A stretch of DNA of 64,000 nucleotides from Squalus acanthias (lineage: Eukaryota), in NCBI GenBank assembly GCA_030390025.1, contig CM059438.1:62560001-62624000 (forward strand), written 5' to 3'. The notes under the pieces were generated by a model, which had not been told where the DNA came from, did not search any database, and was given only the letters and a program-made list of their open reading frames with translations. The stretch's first letter is position 1; every line of letters starts with the position of its first letter. The translations under genes and the position numbers were made by a program. Of this stretch, positions 48,661 through 62,354 are shown in pieces.

Positions 48661-49704
48661 ACAGTGGTTAAATTGCTGTGCCCCACACGACCTTTGAAGG
48701 TGCCAGGCGTTTATCAACGCTTTGAGTATGAAAAGGAAGTGCCTGTATTTTGCATAGTTCATCCACAGTTCAGACTGGCATGAAGATTATCAAATCACTT
48801 TACACAAAACGTTTTTATTTTTGCTCGCCTGTTTGAAGCTACGCCCTTCAGAATACCAAGCAGGAATAGGTTTGAAATTTAGGGGCAACAAACAATTGAA
48901 TTATGGAAAAACAATGTCTAGTTTCTAAACCAATTGAGAATGAATGTAGAATTTTGCACTGATATATAAACATAAAGGAAGAATATTAATGCAGATCCTC
49001 CCACCACCCACCCAATTAATTTCCTTATCCACCCCCACACCCCTTTCTGCTTGAAACTGGGGAACAGTTCCATGCATCCCTGATATTCCATCACAGAGAC
49101 ATCACAGTTGAGTCCATCCTGAGACTACACTAAAGCAGGAGCATTGGGTAGTGATGCTAAGTGGCTGATTTCTTTTCTCCTTCCCCGCCTGCCACCCCCT
49201 CGCCCCAACTCCGCTTCATTCAAGGCCCGAGATACTGATCTGAACGTAGCATCTTTACTGCTGCGCTGGATGAGATCAAATTACTGGTGACGTACTGGAG
49301 AATGAATGTGGAACCTCCCATTCTGGGCGGTGTTGTCAATAGTCGAGCCACCGGAGCAGCATTGCTCTCACACAACCTGCTCAGGTCAACTCAAGAGTAC
49401 AATTGGCAGTGATTGTTACGTTCTGGACCTTTTCTACCATTCTTACTCTGGATTATGTCAGCTTTTTGTATCCCAGACCACTCTCACTGGCGAATTCCAA
49501 CTCCCCGGGCCCGAAATTGGTCTAGGCCAGTGGAACAGAAAATCAGGGCGCGGTGTAAAGCGGGCTGTGGCTAACCTGTCCTTGAGATCTAGGTAATATT
49601 TCAGTAACGTGTGCAGGATAATGAACTGCAAATCCTGTCTGGTAATCTTCTTTAATTTAATTGTAACTGTAATTTATCCTGTGCCTCCAGAGGCTCTCTC
49701 TCTA

Positions 49705-50140
49705 GGTGTCAGCCGTAGCTATAGTGGGCAGCACTCTCGCCTCTGATGTTAGAAAGGTCGTGGGTTCAAGCCCCACTCCAGGGACTTGAGCACAAAATCC
49801 AGGCTGACACTCCAGTGCAGTGCTGAGGGAGTGCTGCGCTGTTGGAGGTGCCGTCTTTCGGATGAGACTTTAAACTGAGACGTCAAAGATCCCATGGCAA
49901 TATTTTGAAGAAGAGCAGGGGAGTTCTCCCTGGGTTCCAGCCAGTATTTATTACTAAAAACAGATTAGCTGGTTATTATCACATTGCTGTTTGTGGGACG
50001 TTGCTGTGCAAAGATTGGCTGCCGTGTTTCCTACATTATAATAGTGACTACACTACAAAAAGTAGTTCATTGGCTGTAGAGCACTTTGGGATGTCCTGAG
50101 GTCATGAAAGACACTATATGAATTAAAGTTCTTGGCTTTC
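49705..50140 (+). mobile_element. Deu-domain SINE with tRNA-derived head
   Basis: A-box-like TAGTGG, B-box GGTTCAAGCC, Deu core GAGGTGCCGTCTTTCGGATGAGAC and L2-type tail. Confidence 0.75.
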
Positions 50141-50649
50141 TCCAGCCTTTACCAGTGGCACAGCATCACATCAGACCTCATTATAAGTTTAAAATATTAA
50201 CCAAATTTATTAAACAGTTAACAAGTGATATATTGAATTATTTAGGTACTCCTCAAGGGGACAAAACAAAAAAAAGTTAAATCTAATGCGGAGCTAATCT
50301 GTTAGGATAACTTTTATATTTATATATATATGTATTCTCTTTCTTGTAATCTTTACTGATTTGAGGGACCAGCTATTCGACCTTGTCTTCTCCTGTGAAG
50401 ATTCCAATCAGTTGGACTATGCCATTATCTACCTCCTGATGTATTGTGACCAGATTTAAAGGGACAGCCAGCAAAGCAATACTACACAAAAGAAAAACAT
50501 TTTTGTAACAACGATGTGGGAACAGACTGTCTGGACTGCGCTGCTGTTCAGCGAGTGCCTCACGGTGAGGCCTGAAACAAGAGGAGAGAACACATGCAAA
50601 AAAATAGTAAATTTAACAAACTGCCCACCTCCGACCTTCCTTGCCTCAG

Positions 50650-51082
50650 GTTGGGCCGATACTCATTGGAGTTTAGAAGAATGAGAGGGGATCTTATTGA
50701 AACATATAAGATTCTGAAGGGGCTTGACAGGGTAGATGCAGAGAGGATGTTTCCCCTCGTGGGGGAATCTAGAACTAGGGGGCATAATTTCAGAATAAGG
50801 GGGCACCCTTTTAAATCGGAAATGAGGAGGAATTTCTTCTCTCAGAGGGTCGTGAATCTTTGGAATTCTCTTCCCTAGAGAGCTGTGGAGGCTGGGTCAT
50901 TGAATATATTTAAGGTGGAGATAGACAGATTTTTGAAAGGTAAGGGAAGTCAAGGGTTATGGGGAGCGGGCAGGGAAGTGGAGTTGAGGCCAAGATCAGA
51001 TCAGCCATGATCTTGTTGAATGGCGGAGCAGGCTCGAGGGGCCAAATGACCTCCTCCTGCTCCTACGTCTTACGTTCTTATG
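50650..51082 (+). mobile_element. CR1 LINE 3' fragment
   Basis: YSLEFRRMRGDLIETYKILKGLDRVDAERMFPL...WNSLP. Confidence 0.85.
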
Positions 51083-51734
51083 CAACGCTGAGGGTGGCAT
51101 TTGCCAATTTCCCTGCCAACTATTGAACTGTGGCAGTACCTAGCGCCCAGCAGTAGTTACTTGACTTTCTGCACGATCTCATAGTCTCACACATTGGTCT
51201 GTTTTCACCTCGCCTTATAACGCAAAAAAAAAGCCCAGACTAGTTGGCTGTGACTCAAAAGGAGCTCAGGGTTGAGTCTCCTTCACTTCCTTTGGGACAA
51301 CTGCTGCCCTCGCTCTGCTCCAATGACCTGGTGTATGAGGGAATGGTGACTCATTGGGCACGAACTTAAGGTCGATCACTTTACGTTGCAGCTCACTGTG
51401 TCATTGGGCTGCCCAGAGAGAATGCTATTTGCATTGATGGTTTAACAGGCGGTGGCATTTCAGTTTCAGACAGGAAGCCTTGATGGGCAGTTGACAGAAA
51501 ACTGTACTTTAAGGTGCAAACATGCCGCGTGAGATAAGGTCTTCGGATGTTGGCTGTCTCCCTCAATTCCTCCTGTGGGGGTTGAGATTGTTCTGTGCGA
51601 TATCAGTATTGAAAGCATTAACTTACTTATTGTAAATGGATCAATACCTCTGTTAAAATGGGTGGCAGAGGAATGTCTAGTATTGCACAGCTCAATATAA
51701 ATCCTGTGGTGAGTTACTGTTCTCAGTTCTGGGA

Positions 51735-52170
51735 GAAAGAAAGATTTCTATAGCACCTTTCACGACTACCGGACGTCTCAAAGTGCTTTACAGCCAATGA
51801 AATACTTTTGGAGTGTAGTCACTGTTGTAATGTGGCAAATGCAGCAGCCAACTCCCACAAACAGCAATGTGATAATGACCAGATAATCTGTTTTAGTGAT
51901 GTTGATTGAGGGATAAATATTGGCCCCAGGACACCGGGGATAACTCCCCTGCTCTTCTTCGAAATAGTGCCATGGGATCTTTTACGTCCACCTGAGAGAG
52001 CAGACGGGGCCTCGGTTTAGCGTCTCATCCGAAAGACAGCACCTCCGACAGTGCAGCACTCCACTGGAGTGTCAGCCTAGCTTTATGTGCTGAAGTCCCT
52101 GGAGTGGGATTATGAACCCACAACTTTCTGAGTCAGAGGCAAGGGTGCTACCCACTGAGCCACAGCTGTC
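51735..52170 (-). mobile_element. Deu-domain SINE, near full length
   Basis: Reverse copy with head, Deu core and tail. Confidence 0.8.
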
Positions 52171-54229
52171 CCTCCACTCCAGAAGCATAGCACTGAAGCA
52201 CATAAACTGAGTCTGCCCGCATTGCTTTCATAAGTACTGATCTGGTAATTGAGGCCCCGATTTCCCGAAGCCTTGCGCCACTGTTGACCGTAGAGAAATT
52301 GGGACTTTGAGCATCGGATACGCTCTGTGCACCGTTTTCTGGATTCAAATCCGGAGCCTTTTTGGAGGTCCACGCTACTGACCTCCCTAAACTTTATTTA
52401 AATAAAGGCTTAATGAGCCCACACTGGATTTTCTGACATCAGGTGTGACTTGTGCCCACATTCTGAGCCTCATCCTTAAAAACTAGCTGCAGAGGCAGTG
52501 GAACCAATGAAGCCTGCTTAGTAGGCCTCTTAAAGGGATTTATGTTTACCTGCTGAGTATTTCCAGCATTTTCTGTTTTTATTTTATGTTTTCTTCTTCA
52601 CTTTGTTTTTTATATTTCCTCGGTTGTATTTTGCTGCATGCACTCATTGGCTTTGCTGGGAAGGATGCTATTTTTTCAATTTTTTTCCCCTTGCCAATAC
52701 TTTGCCTCATTATATGTAGTTTCTATTTGCTTTGACGTGGCATCTTACAAAGGGGCAAGGCTGGGTTTATCTTTGGGAGTTCCAACCATGTTGAATAATT
52801 GCAATGAGGAAGAGGGGGGGCCTAACTATGCAGGTGCAAAGATTCCTGAGATGTTGTGGTCAGACTTGTCACTAGCCCAGGACCTGCACCACCTCCAGCC
52901 CTACAGTCCGCCCCCTCAAACTCTCCATTCCTCTGGCTTTGGCCTCTAGCTCATCAGCCCATCCCTTCACTCCACCATTGGTGCCCGTACATTCAGCTGC
53001 CTAGGTCCCACACTCTGTAATTCCCTCCCCAAACCCCTTTGTCTCTCTGCCTCCTTTAAGACCATTCTTAAAACCCTGCTCTTTCACCAAGCGTTTGGTC
53101 ACCCCTCGTAATATCTCCTCCTTTGGCTTGGCATCCATTTTTAAAATTAGATCTCTGTGATGCACTTTGGGGCATTTTTCTACATTAAAGTCAGAATATA
53201 AATGGAAGTTGTCATTGTTGTACCTGAATGTATCATGAGGACCGCTGTCTAAAACACCTTCAGTTCACAAGACAGGTTCTCACAGGGTTATTCCACGTGC
53301 TGCACAGCAATCAGTACACATACAACTGAATCAAAGATGGTTCTTCCTGTAGAAGGGAAGGTCGCGGCAGCACAAAGCTTTCCTTTCACGCCACCCCAGA
53401 ACAGATCTGTCATATCAGGCAGTCTGCAGTGTGCACATTCATCAAGGAAAAAGAAAACCACTATGTTGGCTTGAGGCAACCCCGTCATCACCTCTCCTGT
53501 GGAAAGGAGGCATCAGCTGGACAAAGGGCAGGGTCTTCATTGAGTGGCTGGTGTCCTGGAGTGCAAAGCGTCACAGATGGGACCCATGTGGGTATGATGG
53601 CTCTCTTTATGTCAGTGTTTGGGATCTCACCAGCAGGAACACGAACTTTGCCACCAGTGCCACGGTGCCCACATTCTGTGAAGGAGAAACACTGGGCGAA
53701 TGGCAGTTGAGAGAACCAGGCCGCCCTCCGCACCCATGGCCGAGGACCACGCTGAGAAACTCCCGAACGCCAGAAGTGGGCCTCAGGCTGGAAGCCTGAG
53801 CATCTGTTTGCAGTTCCACATCTGCCTCCTCCACTGCAAGAAAAGCAAGCAGTGCAGCTCGGGCACGATGAAAGAGTGTGCGTGTCAAAAGGGCAATGGC
53901 TGTGCACGATGCTTGAAAAGGTATCTGTCGCCGACTCAGTGAATTTCCAACTTAGGTTTGCGCTCTGCGTGTTGGCCCCCCTCAGAGACGCATGCCAAAG
54001 GGGGGAGCACACTCAACTTCGCTTTGTACCTTTCTCGTTGGCTGACAGGTCCGGAGGAGCTGGTTGACTGCACTGTCTCTGTCCAGACCTCATTCCATGT
54101 CACTGGCATGGCACCTTGACCGGAGGGTGGCCTACAGCCTGAAATAGGACTGTACCCTTTTGGTGCACCTTCTGCACTAGGACCCCCAGACCATCAGCGT
54201 CAAAGATGGATGGATTGAGACCGACCAAC

Positions 54230-54465
54230 CGACGGTGGGAGGAGGCTCGTGTGGAGCATAAACAACCGGCATAGACTAGTTGGGCCAAATGGCCTGTTGC
54301 TGTGCTGTACATTCTATGTAAGGTAGATAGATTTTTGTTGGGTAAGAATATCAAGGATATGGAACAAAGGCAGGTAAGTGGAGTTGAGGTGCAGATCAGC
54401 CATGATCTCATTGAATGGCGGAGCAGGCTCGAGGGGCTGAATGGCCTACTCCTGCTCTTGTGTTA
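54230..54465 (+). mobile_element. Two adjacent CR1 3' tail fragments
   Basis: GGAGGAGGCTCGTGTGGAGCATAAAC and GATCAGCCATGATCTCATTGAATGGCGGAGCAGGCTCGAGGG tails. Confidence 0.7.
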
Positions 54466-55016
54466 CTTCACAGGGCCAGTGTGAGCAAATGAGCGACTTT
54501 TCCGTTCCCCACCACAGCTTCCTCTTTTGCGATGACTCCAGCATTTAAGGGCTGCTCCTGCACCCAGCTTTACAATCCCCCAACCAAGTCTGCTGCAGGC
54601 CCCTGTAGTTTAACAGAAATAAGGGGTGAAAAATTGGCCACAACCCCCCTTCCCTCCACCTGTACCCGCCCTCACCAAGGGTGTGCGCAGCCTCCAAGTT
54701 TGTGTTATCAGAAAACTGGGCCCAATGTGCCTGCAACGTGCTCTTAATCAATGAATGTCTTTGGGTATTCTATCAGTGGAAAAAAAAAATCAAAAATCGT
54801 GAAATATGGAACCAATTTACTCACATGGTCATGCCCTCCTGTAGGCACTCACAGTCCTCTTCACAGTTAAGCATAGTCCCTACTATTGTGCCGTCTGTAA
54901 ATGTCGATATTGTGCCCCCTTCGCCCAAGTCCAGATCGTATCGCAAAGAGCAATGGTCCCAATACTGACTGGGGTGGGGGGGGGGGGGGGTGGGGGGATT
55001 ATAATGCCAATGTTTA

Positions 55017-56807
55017 AACAGCAATGCCTTTTATTGCAATAGAAACAGAAACTGCTGGAAATGCTCAGCAGGCCAGGCAGCATCTGAGGAGAGAGAAACA
55101 GAGTTAACGTTTCAGGTTGGTGACCTTTCATCAGAACTGGAAAATGTTATAGATGTACCAGTTTTTAAGCAAATACAGAGGGAGGGAAAGGGGTGGGGGG
55201 AAAGGAACAAAAGGGAAGGTCTGTGATCGGGTGGAAGGCAGGAGTGATTAAAAGACAAAAGGGATGATGGTACAAGGCAAAACTGAGTGGTAATGGGACA
55301 AATAAAGAAACAAAAGATGGGTCTAGAGGAGCTGTAAATGGGAATAGCAGAATCATCAACAGCTGTTGTCCGAAAAAAATGGGGGCAGAGGTTATGGTCT
55401 GAAATTGTTGAACTCGATGTTGAGTCCAGAAGGCTGTAAAGTGCCTAATCGAAAGATGAAGTGCTGTTCCTCGAGCTTACGTTGAGCTTCATTGGAACAG
55501 TGCAGGAGGCCGAGGACAGAGAGGTCAGAGTGGGAGTGGGGCAGAGAATTAAAATAGCAAGCCACTGGAAGCTCGGGGTCACGCTTGTGGACTGAATGGA
55601 GGTGTTCAGCAAAGTGATTACCCAATCTGCGTTTGGTCTCTCCAATGTAGAGGAGACCGCATCGTGAGCAGCGAATACAGTCTACTGAGTGGAAAGAAGT
55701 ACAAGTAAATCGCTGTTTCACCTGGAAGGAGTGTTTGGGGCCCTGGACGTGGGAAGGGAGGAGGTGAAAGGGCAGGTATTGCATCTCCTGTGCTTGCATG
55801 TGAAGGTGCCGTGGGAAGGGGAGGAGGTGCTGGGCATGATGAAAGAGTGGACCAGGGTGTCGCGAAGCTTCAGAATGCTGAAAGGGGAGGGGAGGGGAAG
55901 ATGTGTTTGGTGGTGGCATCACACTGGAGGTGGCAGAAATGGTGGAGGATGATCCATTGAATGTGGAGGCCGGTGGGGTGGAAGGTGAGGACAAGGGGAA
56001 CTCTATTGTCATTCTGGGAGGGTGGGGAAGGGGTGAGAGCAGAAGTTTGGGAAATGGAATGGACACAGTCAAGAGCCCTGTCAACCACGGTGGAGGGGAA
56101 TCCTCAGTTGAGGAAAAAGGAAGATATATCGGAAGCACTGGTTTAGAAGGTGGCATCGTCAGAACAGATGCGACGGAGACGGAGAAACAGGGAGAATGGA
56201 ATTGTGTCCTTACAGGAAGCGGGGTGGGCGGTAGTGTAATCAAGGTGGCTGTGGGAATCAGTGGGCTTATAGCGGATGTCGGTTAACAGCCTATCCTCAG
56301 AAATGGAGACAGAGAAGTTGAGGAAAGGAAGGGAAGAGTCTGCACTGTTTTAATGAATCTCAACGTAAGCTCAAGGAACAGCACCTCATCTTTTGATTAG
56401 GCACTTTACAGCCTTCCGGACTCAACATTGAGTTCAACAATTTCAGATCATAACCACCGCCCCCATTTTTTCGGAAAGCAGCTGTAGGTAATGATTCTGC
56501 TTTTCCCTTTTACAGCTCCTCCTTTTGTTTCTTTACTTGTCCCATTACCACCCCCTTTTGCCTTGCACCATCATCCCTTTTGTCATTTAATCTCTCCTGC
56601 CTTCCACCCTCTCACAGACCTCCCCTTTTGTTCTTTCCTCCCCTCCTCCCTTGCCTTGCCCTCTGTCCTTGCTCAAAACCTGAAACATCTGTAACATCGG
56701 CCAGTTCTGACGAAAAGTCACTCTGCTTCTCCCTCCACAGATGCTGCCTGACCTGCTGAGTATTTCCAGCAGTTTCTGTTCCTATTGCAATAAAAGGCAT
56801 TGCTGTT
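55017..56807 (-). mobile_element. 5'-truncated Penelope-like element (family B) with GIY-YIG endonuclease remnant and inverted pLTR
   Basis: Minus strand CIRCSRCGLLYIGETKRRL..HFAEH (GIY-YIG) and RT-thumb pieces with stops and frameshifts; about 55017-55490 is repeated in inverted form at about 56360-56807. Confidence 0.9.
55103..55134 (-). ncRNA. Minimal hammerhead ribozyme core (family B)
   Basis: CTGATGA-a-AGGT-cacca-ACCT-GAAAC-GTTAAC with palindromic AACGTT stem III. Confidence 0.75.
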
Positions 56808-57699
56808 GGCCTCCTTGTGTGTGTGTGATTGATGCTGTCCTGCACTCTGGGCCTTGGTTTCTGCCCTTCGATTTCTCAATCAAAAAGGACGTACAACAGC
56901 AACTTAGCAAGGATTCAGCGACTTCACAAGTGGAGGGAAGAAAATAGGTTTAGAAACAAAAACCAAATAAAAGGAGGAAACTGCAGAGTTTGCTGTTATG
57001 CAGAGAGCATTGAGGCGTTCAGAGTTTGCCTGTGTGCATCTCAGGTAGTCAGGTACAGAAGGACAGATCGGAACCTGGGGGTGTTATTTTCCTGTTTTGT
57101 TTGAAACTTGTGATAATGGTATCAGATTAGATCTGTTATCAGGCTTGTTCTAGGAAGGAAAAACAGAAATAGAACTAAGTCTTGCGCTCCACCCATTAAT
57201 ATATGCCAACGGGTCACCTCCAGCACAGCTCATGGTGAGTAAGGCGTTTCGTTGTTGCCAAGGGTGGGGCTGCTGTTGTTTGGAAGGGCGGGGGTGGGGG
57301 ACCGGGGGCGGCGGGGAGAGAGAGTATATACCTCCTTTGAATGAATTTAGAAAGATTTCTGTCAGAGATTTCTCCGTAGGCAATGGAACGTTTATTGATT
57401 GGTTCCCGGAAAATAAATAAATCATGTTTTCTTTGCCCACTGCAGGTAGATTTTTAAAAATCAGTTTGTTCCCTCACATATCACACTCACGTAAACAATG
57501 AACTGAATAAATCTCTTTTTACTTTCTGTTTGTTTGCGGCATGGGTTTTGATAGTGAAAGGCCAAAAAAATATGTCATCTTAAGAAAAGATTAAACTAAT
57601 GTGCACCTTTCCGTTTTTATCAAATATCTCTGCAACAATATTTAGTGTTATCAAAATAAACATTTACATCCGGCACTTTTATTCAGAGCCTTCCTCCAG

Positions 57700-57950
57700 G
57701 ATGGATAAATATTGGCCAGGACTCCAGAGAGAACTCCCCTTCTCTTCTTCAAAATCATGCATGGAATCTTTTCCTTCCACCTGAGAGAACAGGCAGGGCC
57801 TTGGTTTAATGTCTCAGTCTGAAAGACAGCACCTCAGCACTCCCTCAGCACTGCACTGGAGTGTCAGTCTAGATTTTGTGCTCAAGTCCCTGGAGTGGGA
57901 CTTGGAACCCACAACCTTCTGACTCAGAGGTGAGACCACTACCACTGAGC
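57700..57950 (-). mobile_element. Deu-domain SINE, 5' half
   Basis: Reverse match to the head and Deu core. Confidence 0.7.
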
Positions 57951-58697
57951 TAACCGCTCCCCGCCATCCTCAACGTCCTATCTGCTGCCCGCTCACCAAC
58001 GCCAAGCTCTCTTCAAGGCTTAACTTTTCCCACCCTACTTTTCTCCGAAACTTCGCACGACTCCCTGTCACTCAAACCTCACCCTGACTCACCATCACTA
58101 ACCTCTCCACAGCCAAATTTTCTCCCTCCCCTAAAGTTTTATACCTCCTCAGACTACACCCTCTGCCATCACATACCTAACATCACACTCACATAACGAA
58201 GACCAACATGAACTCAGCCCCTTTGAAAATAACAAGTCTTCCAGCTAAGCCCCAACTTCCTGCCTCATGACACACCCATACTGGTCAGCACCACCTTCAC
58301 AAACAACCTGCTGCTCCCTGCACAAACCCAAAACGATGTAAAGATAACCTCATGCAATTAGATAAAACCTTTCAATATACAAATTCATCTAATTTTTCAA
58401 CTGCAATCATTTCCAATTTCTGCGTAGTTCTCCCTGAACATTTAATCTATTTAACTTTCATTCTTTGCATTTTCAGCAATAAGTCCTTTATTCACAAAAC
58501 CTGTAATATATTATCACAAATCATAGTGTGTTGGCTGTGGGTCAGTAATTAGCACTCTTGCCTCTGAGTCAGAAGGATGTGGGTTTAAGTCTGGAGCACA
58601 AATATGATTTTTGTTTTTGCTAATTTACTAAGAAACTGACGCCTGTACACCAATGAAACTAATAAATTGTTCTGTGTAGTTTTTTAGAGTCATTTTC

Positions 58698-59215
58698 AGT
58701 TATTTAAAATCGGGTTACTCACAGGTGGAGGCAATGTTCCCTTTGGTTTTTTTTGGTGCACGGTCCCTTTAAATTTGCTGCACGGCTGCTGTGCGTGCGC
58801 GGTATCTGTTCCAGCGGCAGCGGCTGGCGAGCAGCCTGCGCGGGACCTCCCGAGATTGGTGCGCAGCCCAACACGGCCGCGCGCGCCTCAGGGGCAACAT
58901 TGGGTGGAGGACTAGACACGCTCATTAGAAATGCTTATTTTTTGTGATAAACCCATGTTCAGCTGTAGTAATGAAACTGCACCCGGTTATCACTCCTAAA
59001 TCCATCAAGGAATATGCTTAATGGGAATTAAAAAAAAAAATGATGTTGTAAAACGTGCCCGATCGCGCTGGTTCAGGGCAGATTTTACGTTCGGTGATAT
59101 GCAAATGATTTTGAGCGCAAACTTGAGGGGGAAAAAAAAACCACTTCTTAAAACTAGCGCAATTTTGAGCGCAATTTGCGCCCGGATCACTGATTGCGCC
59201 CAAGGTGGAAACTCT
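58698..59215. mobile_element. MITE-like dispersed repeat (longer copy of the 9.6-kb family)
   Basis: Colinear with 9595-9936; a reverse fragment also lies at about 5480-5530. Confidence 0.65.
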
Positions 59216-59962
59216 ATGCCAGATTGCTTCCCCACTGGGGGAATGGTTCATGTTACTCATCTATAACACGCAGTTAGACTTTGTTCTGTTACTAATGTGG
59301 AGGCTTTGTTTTCTCCACTCACTGCTACATTCAGCGAGTCTTGGATGGAATTAATATAAAAGCAGGGCCACATTGGGGTTCTCTTTTTAGGGGAAGTGTG
59401 TATTGACAAGTCGTGCTTTATCCTTCAGTGAAGGAGGTGTGAATGAGCTGCAGACACACTTCTCGAGCTGCTGTGGCTGTGGGTTTGTCTGCTTCCTCTT
59501 CCTGCAGCTGATACCCAATCTCCATAGTGTCACCATCTGGGTCTCCCGCCCTCCCCCCCCCCTCCCTGCTATGTCAAGCTGAATGCCTTTCCAGATTGCA
59601 AAGTTGAGCAAAGACACAACGGGCTACCACAATTCATGATAGCATGCTGAGAGTATTCTGAAGGCCAGTCCCCCCCCCCCGCTGCCCAACCTCAACTTCA
59701 AGCATCTGTTTGCTCACTGCAAATTCTTGTTCTTATGTGAGCTTCATTGTATCTCTCTACATTGCACAATGGTGCCTGAGCTATTGGAGCAGAGCGCAAC
59801 AAAGCAATCCTGAGACTTCACCTCTTATTTTGAAAGATGGCAGGAATGTTGGATTGCCTGAGTATAAATGCACCATGGCAGCTGGCAGCATTCACGGGAA
59901 GGAACTGGTGCCTGGAGTCACTTAGGGAGCGCATTCCCTTTCTGGTCAGGAAGTGATGAGGA

Positions 59963-60388
59963 TAGAAAGACTTGCATTTCTATAGCGCCTTTCACAACCA
60001 CCGGATGTCTCAATGACAGCACTTTTGAAGTGGCGTCACTGTTGTAATGTGGGAAACACGGCAGCCAATTCGCTCACAGCAAGCTCCCAGAAACAGCAAA
60101 TGTGATAATGACCAGATAATCTGTTTTAGTGATGTTGGTTGAGGGATAAATATTGGCCCAGGACACCGGGGAGAACTCCCCTGCTCTTCTTCGAAATAGT
60201 GCCGTGGGATCTTTAACATCCACCTGAGAGAGCAGACGGGGCCTCGGTTTAACGTCTCATCCGAAAGACGGTACCTCCAACAGTGCAGCACTCCCTCAGC
60301 ACTGCACTGGAGTGTCAGCCTAGATTTTTGTGCTCATGTCTCTGGACTCAGAGGCAAGTGTGCGACCGACTGAGCCACAGCTGACACT
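59963..60388 (-). mobile_element. Deu-domain SINE, near full length (partial second copy at about 60465-60670)
   Basis: Reverse copy with tail, Deu core and shortened head. Confidence 0.8.
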
Positions 60389-61134
60389 GATAGGGATCAT
60401 CCACTCGGCACTTCTGGCCAGATTTATGTGCTCAAGTCCCTGGATAGTCAGTTGGGATATATGAAAAGAAAGAGAGGCTTGCTTTTATATAGCGCCTTTC
60501 ACGACCCCAGCATGTCCCAAAGTGCTTTACAGCCAATTAAGTACTTTTGAAGTGTAGTCACTATTGTAATGTAGGAAACGCAGCAGCCAATTAGCAAGAT
60601 CCCACAAACAGTAATGTGATAAATGATCAGGTAATTTGTTTTTTAGGGATGTTGGTTGAGGGATAAATATGTGACTCCAATCCCACACTAACATGGTTGA
60701 CTCTTCACAGCTCTGAAGTGGCCTAGCACGCCACCCAATTGTATCAAATCGGTTCCAGAAGAAAACTCACCACCATCTTCTCGAGGCAACTAGGGTGGGC
60801 AATAAATGCCGACCTTGCCAGCGACATCCGCATTCTGAGAATGAATTTTAAAAAGCAAGTGCTGATTGTAAGTGCTGGCAGGCTGTCCAACCAAGTGGGA
60901 CAAGACTTGGGGACTTAGCAGTCTAATTGACTCAACTACCCGCGAAGAATATTGCAGTCTCATCCCAGCCCGATGACATCCTCAGCCAATGATCGCACCT
61001 GGATGGTTTCCACTGTAGTGACCTCCCTAACTCAGGGCCCTGAGGCCAATTGTAGCACGTTCACTAGATCTATCTTCGGGAGAATCTACAGAGTCAGCAG
61101 TCGCTACATTTGGCAGCAAGTTTTTTCACAAGCC

Positions 61135-61470
61135 TTACATTGAATTACATAGAATATACAGCACAGGAGCAGGCCATTCGGTCCAACTAGTCTGTGCTGG
61201 TGTTTATACTCCACACGAGTCTCCTGCCATTCCATCTGCCTCATCTCAGTCTTTCAATTATATCTTTCTATTCCCTTTTCTCTTATGTACTCGTCTAGGT
61301 TCCTTTTGAAAACATTCAAGCTTTTTGCCTCAACCACTTCCTGTGGTAGCGAGTTCCACATTCTCACCACTTTCTGAATAAATAAATTTCTTCTTATTTC
61401 CCTACTGGATTTATTAGTGACTATCTTGCATTTATGGCCCCTAGTTTTGGACTCTCGCACAAGTGCCTTG
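61135..61470 (-). mobile_element. CR1 LINE 3' fragment
   Basis: ESKTRGHKCKIV...EIRRNLFIQKVVRMWNSLPQ. Confidence 0.8.
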
Positions 61471-62354
61471 TTTCCTGATTTTGAAATAACATCCTCTTTC
61501 ATATTCAAACTGCATTAATTTACGGTCAGAGTTTGCCAGTCTTGCCTGCAATGCTCACATCCCAAGAATGAACTTTATAAAAAGATGACCTCCACAGGTG
61601 GATTATCCGGCAAGGATCACAGGTAAAGAACGACCATGTCTAGGTACAGAGAGTGACCTGTGCCCGTGGAACTCTATCCCATCACAGGTCTGCACCTTCA
61701 GGAGAGCAGTGATAAGGGGCGGGACAGAGACTCGGCCAGGAATTTATCCTCAGATAATCGCGAAACACATTACACTCCCTCATTAAAAAGGAAAAATAAA
61801 TACAAAGTCCAGCTGAACAATACAGAGATGTAACTGTGGAGAAATAGGATGTGTCACAATAGCAGTTTCACGTAATGTAATCCTGAATCTTGCGTTTGAC
61901 TTAATAGGCATGTGGGGTAATGAGAAAAGCAGCAAAACTATAAATACATTCCTCAATGTAACAAAGTCCCAAACCTTTTAATAAAGGCAGAATTTATTCA
62001 CCGTGGAGGAGATTTCATTTAGCTCTAAGTGGCATTGTAAACATTGTGTGAAGATTTCCTGTGATTGCTATTTCTAGTGAAATTTTAAGTGGTCTTTTAT
62101 TTATGAGTTTACTTGGAAAAGCTAACACAGGAAAGGTCTTGTTATGTTTGTGATGTTGCTAGCACATATTGACCATCGGAAATTTTCTCCAAGAGATGAT
62201 TGTGTAGATATGCAACACAAGATACTGTTTGATAAATATATTTCTGGTTAACACAGGCAATACAGCATTTTCTCAATACTGCTTTCTTCACTGGCCTTCA
62301 GAATACTCTCAGCACGCTATCATGAATTAAGCACCTAACTTAGGCTGATATTAT

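Noticed and set aside
49705..49790. tRNA-like sequence with A and B boxes
   Set aside because: It is the head of a SINE; no complete cloverleaf.
53288..54230. Cluster of 70-174-aa ORFs in unique GC-moderate sequence
   Set aside because: Several overlapping frames, no recognisable domain or convincing splice structure.
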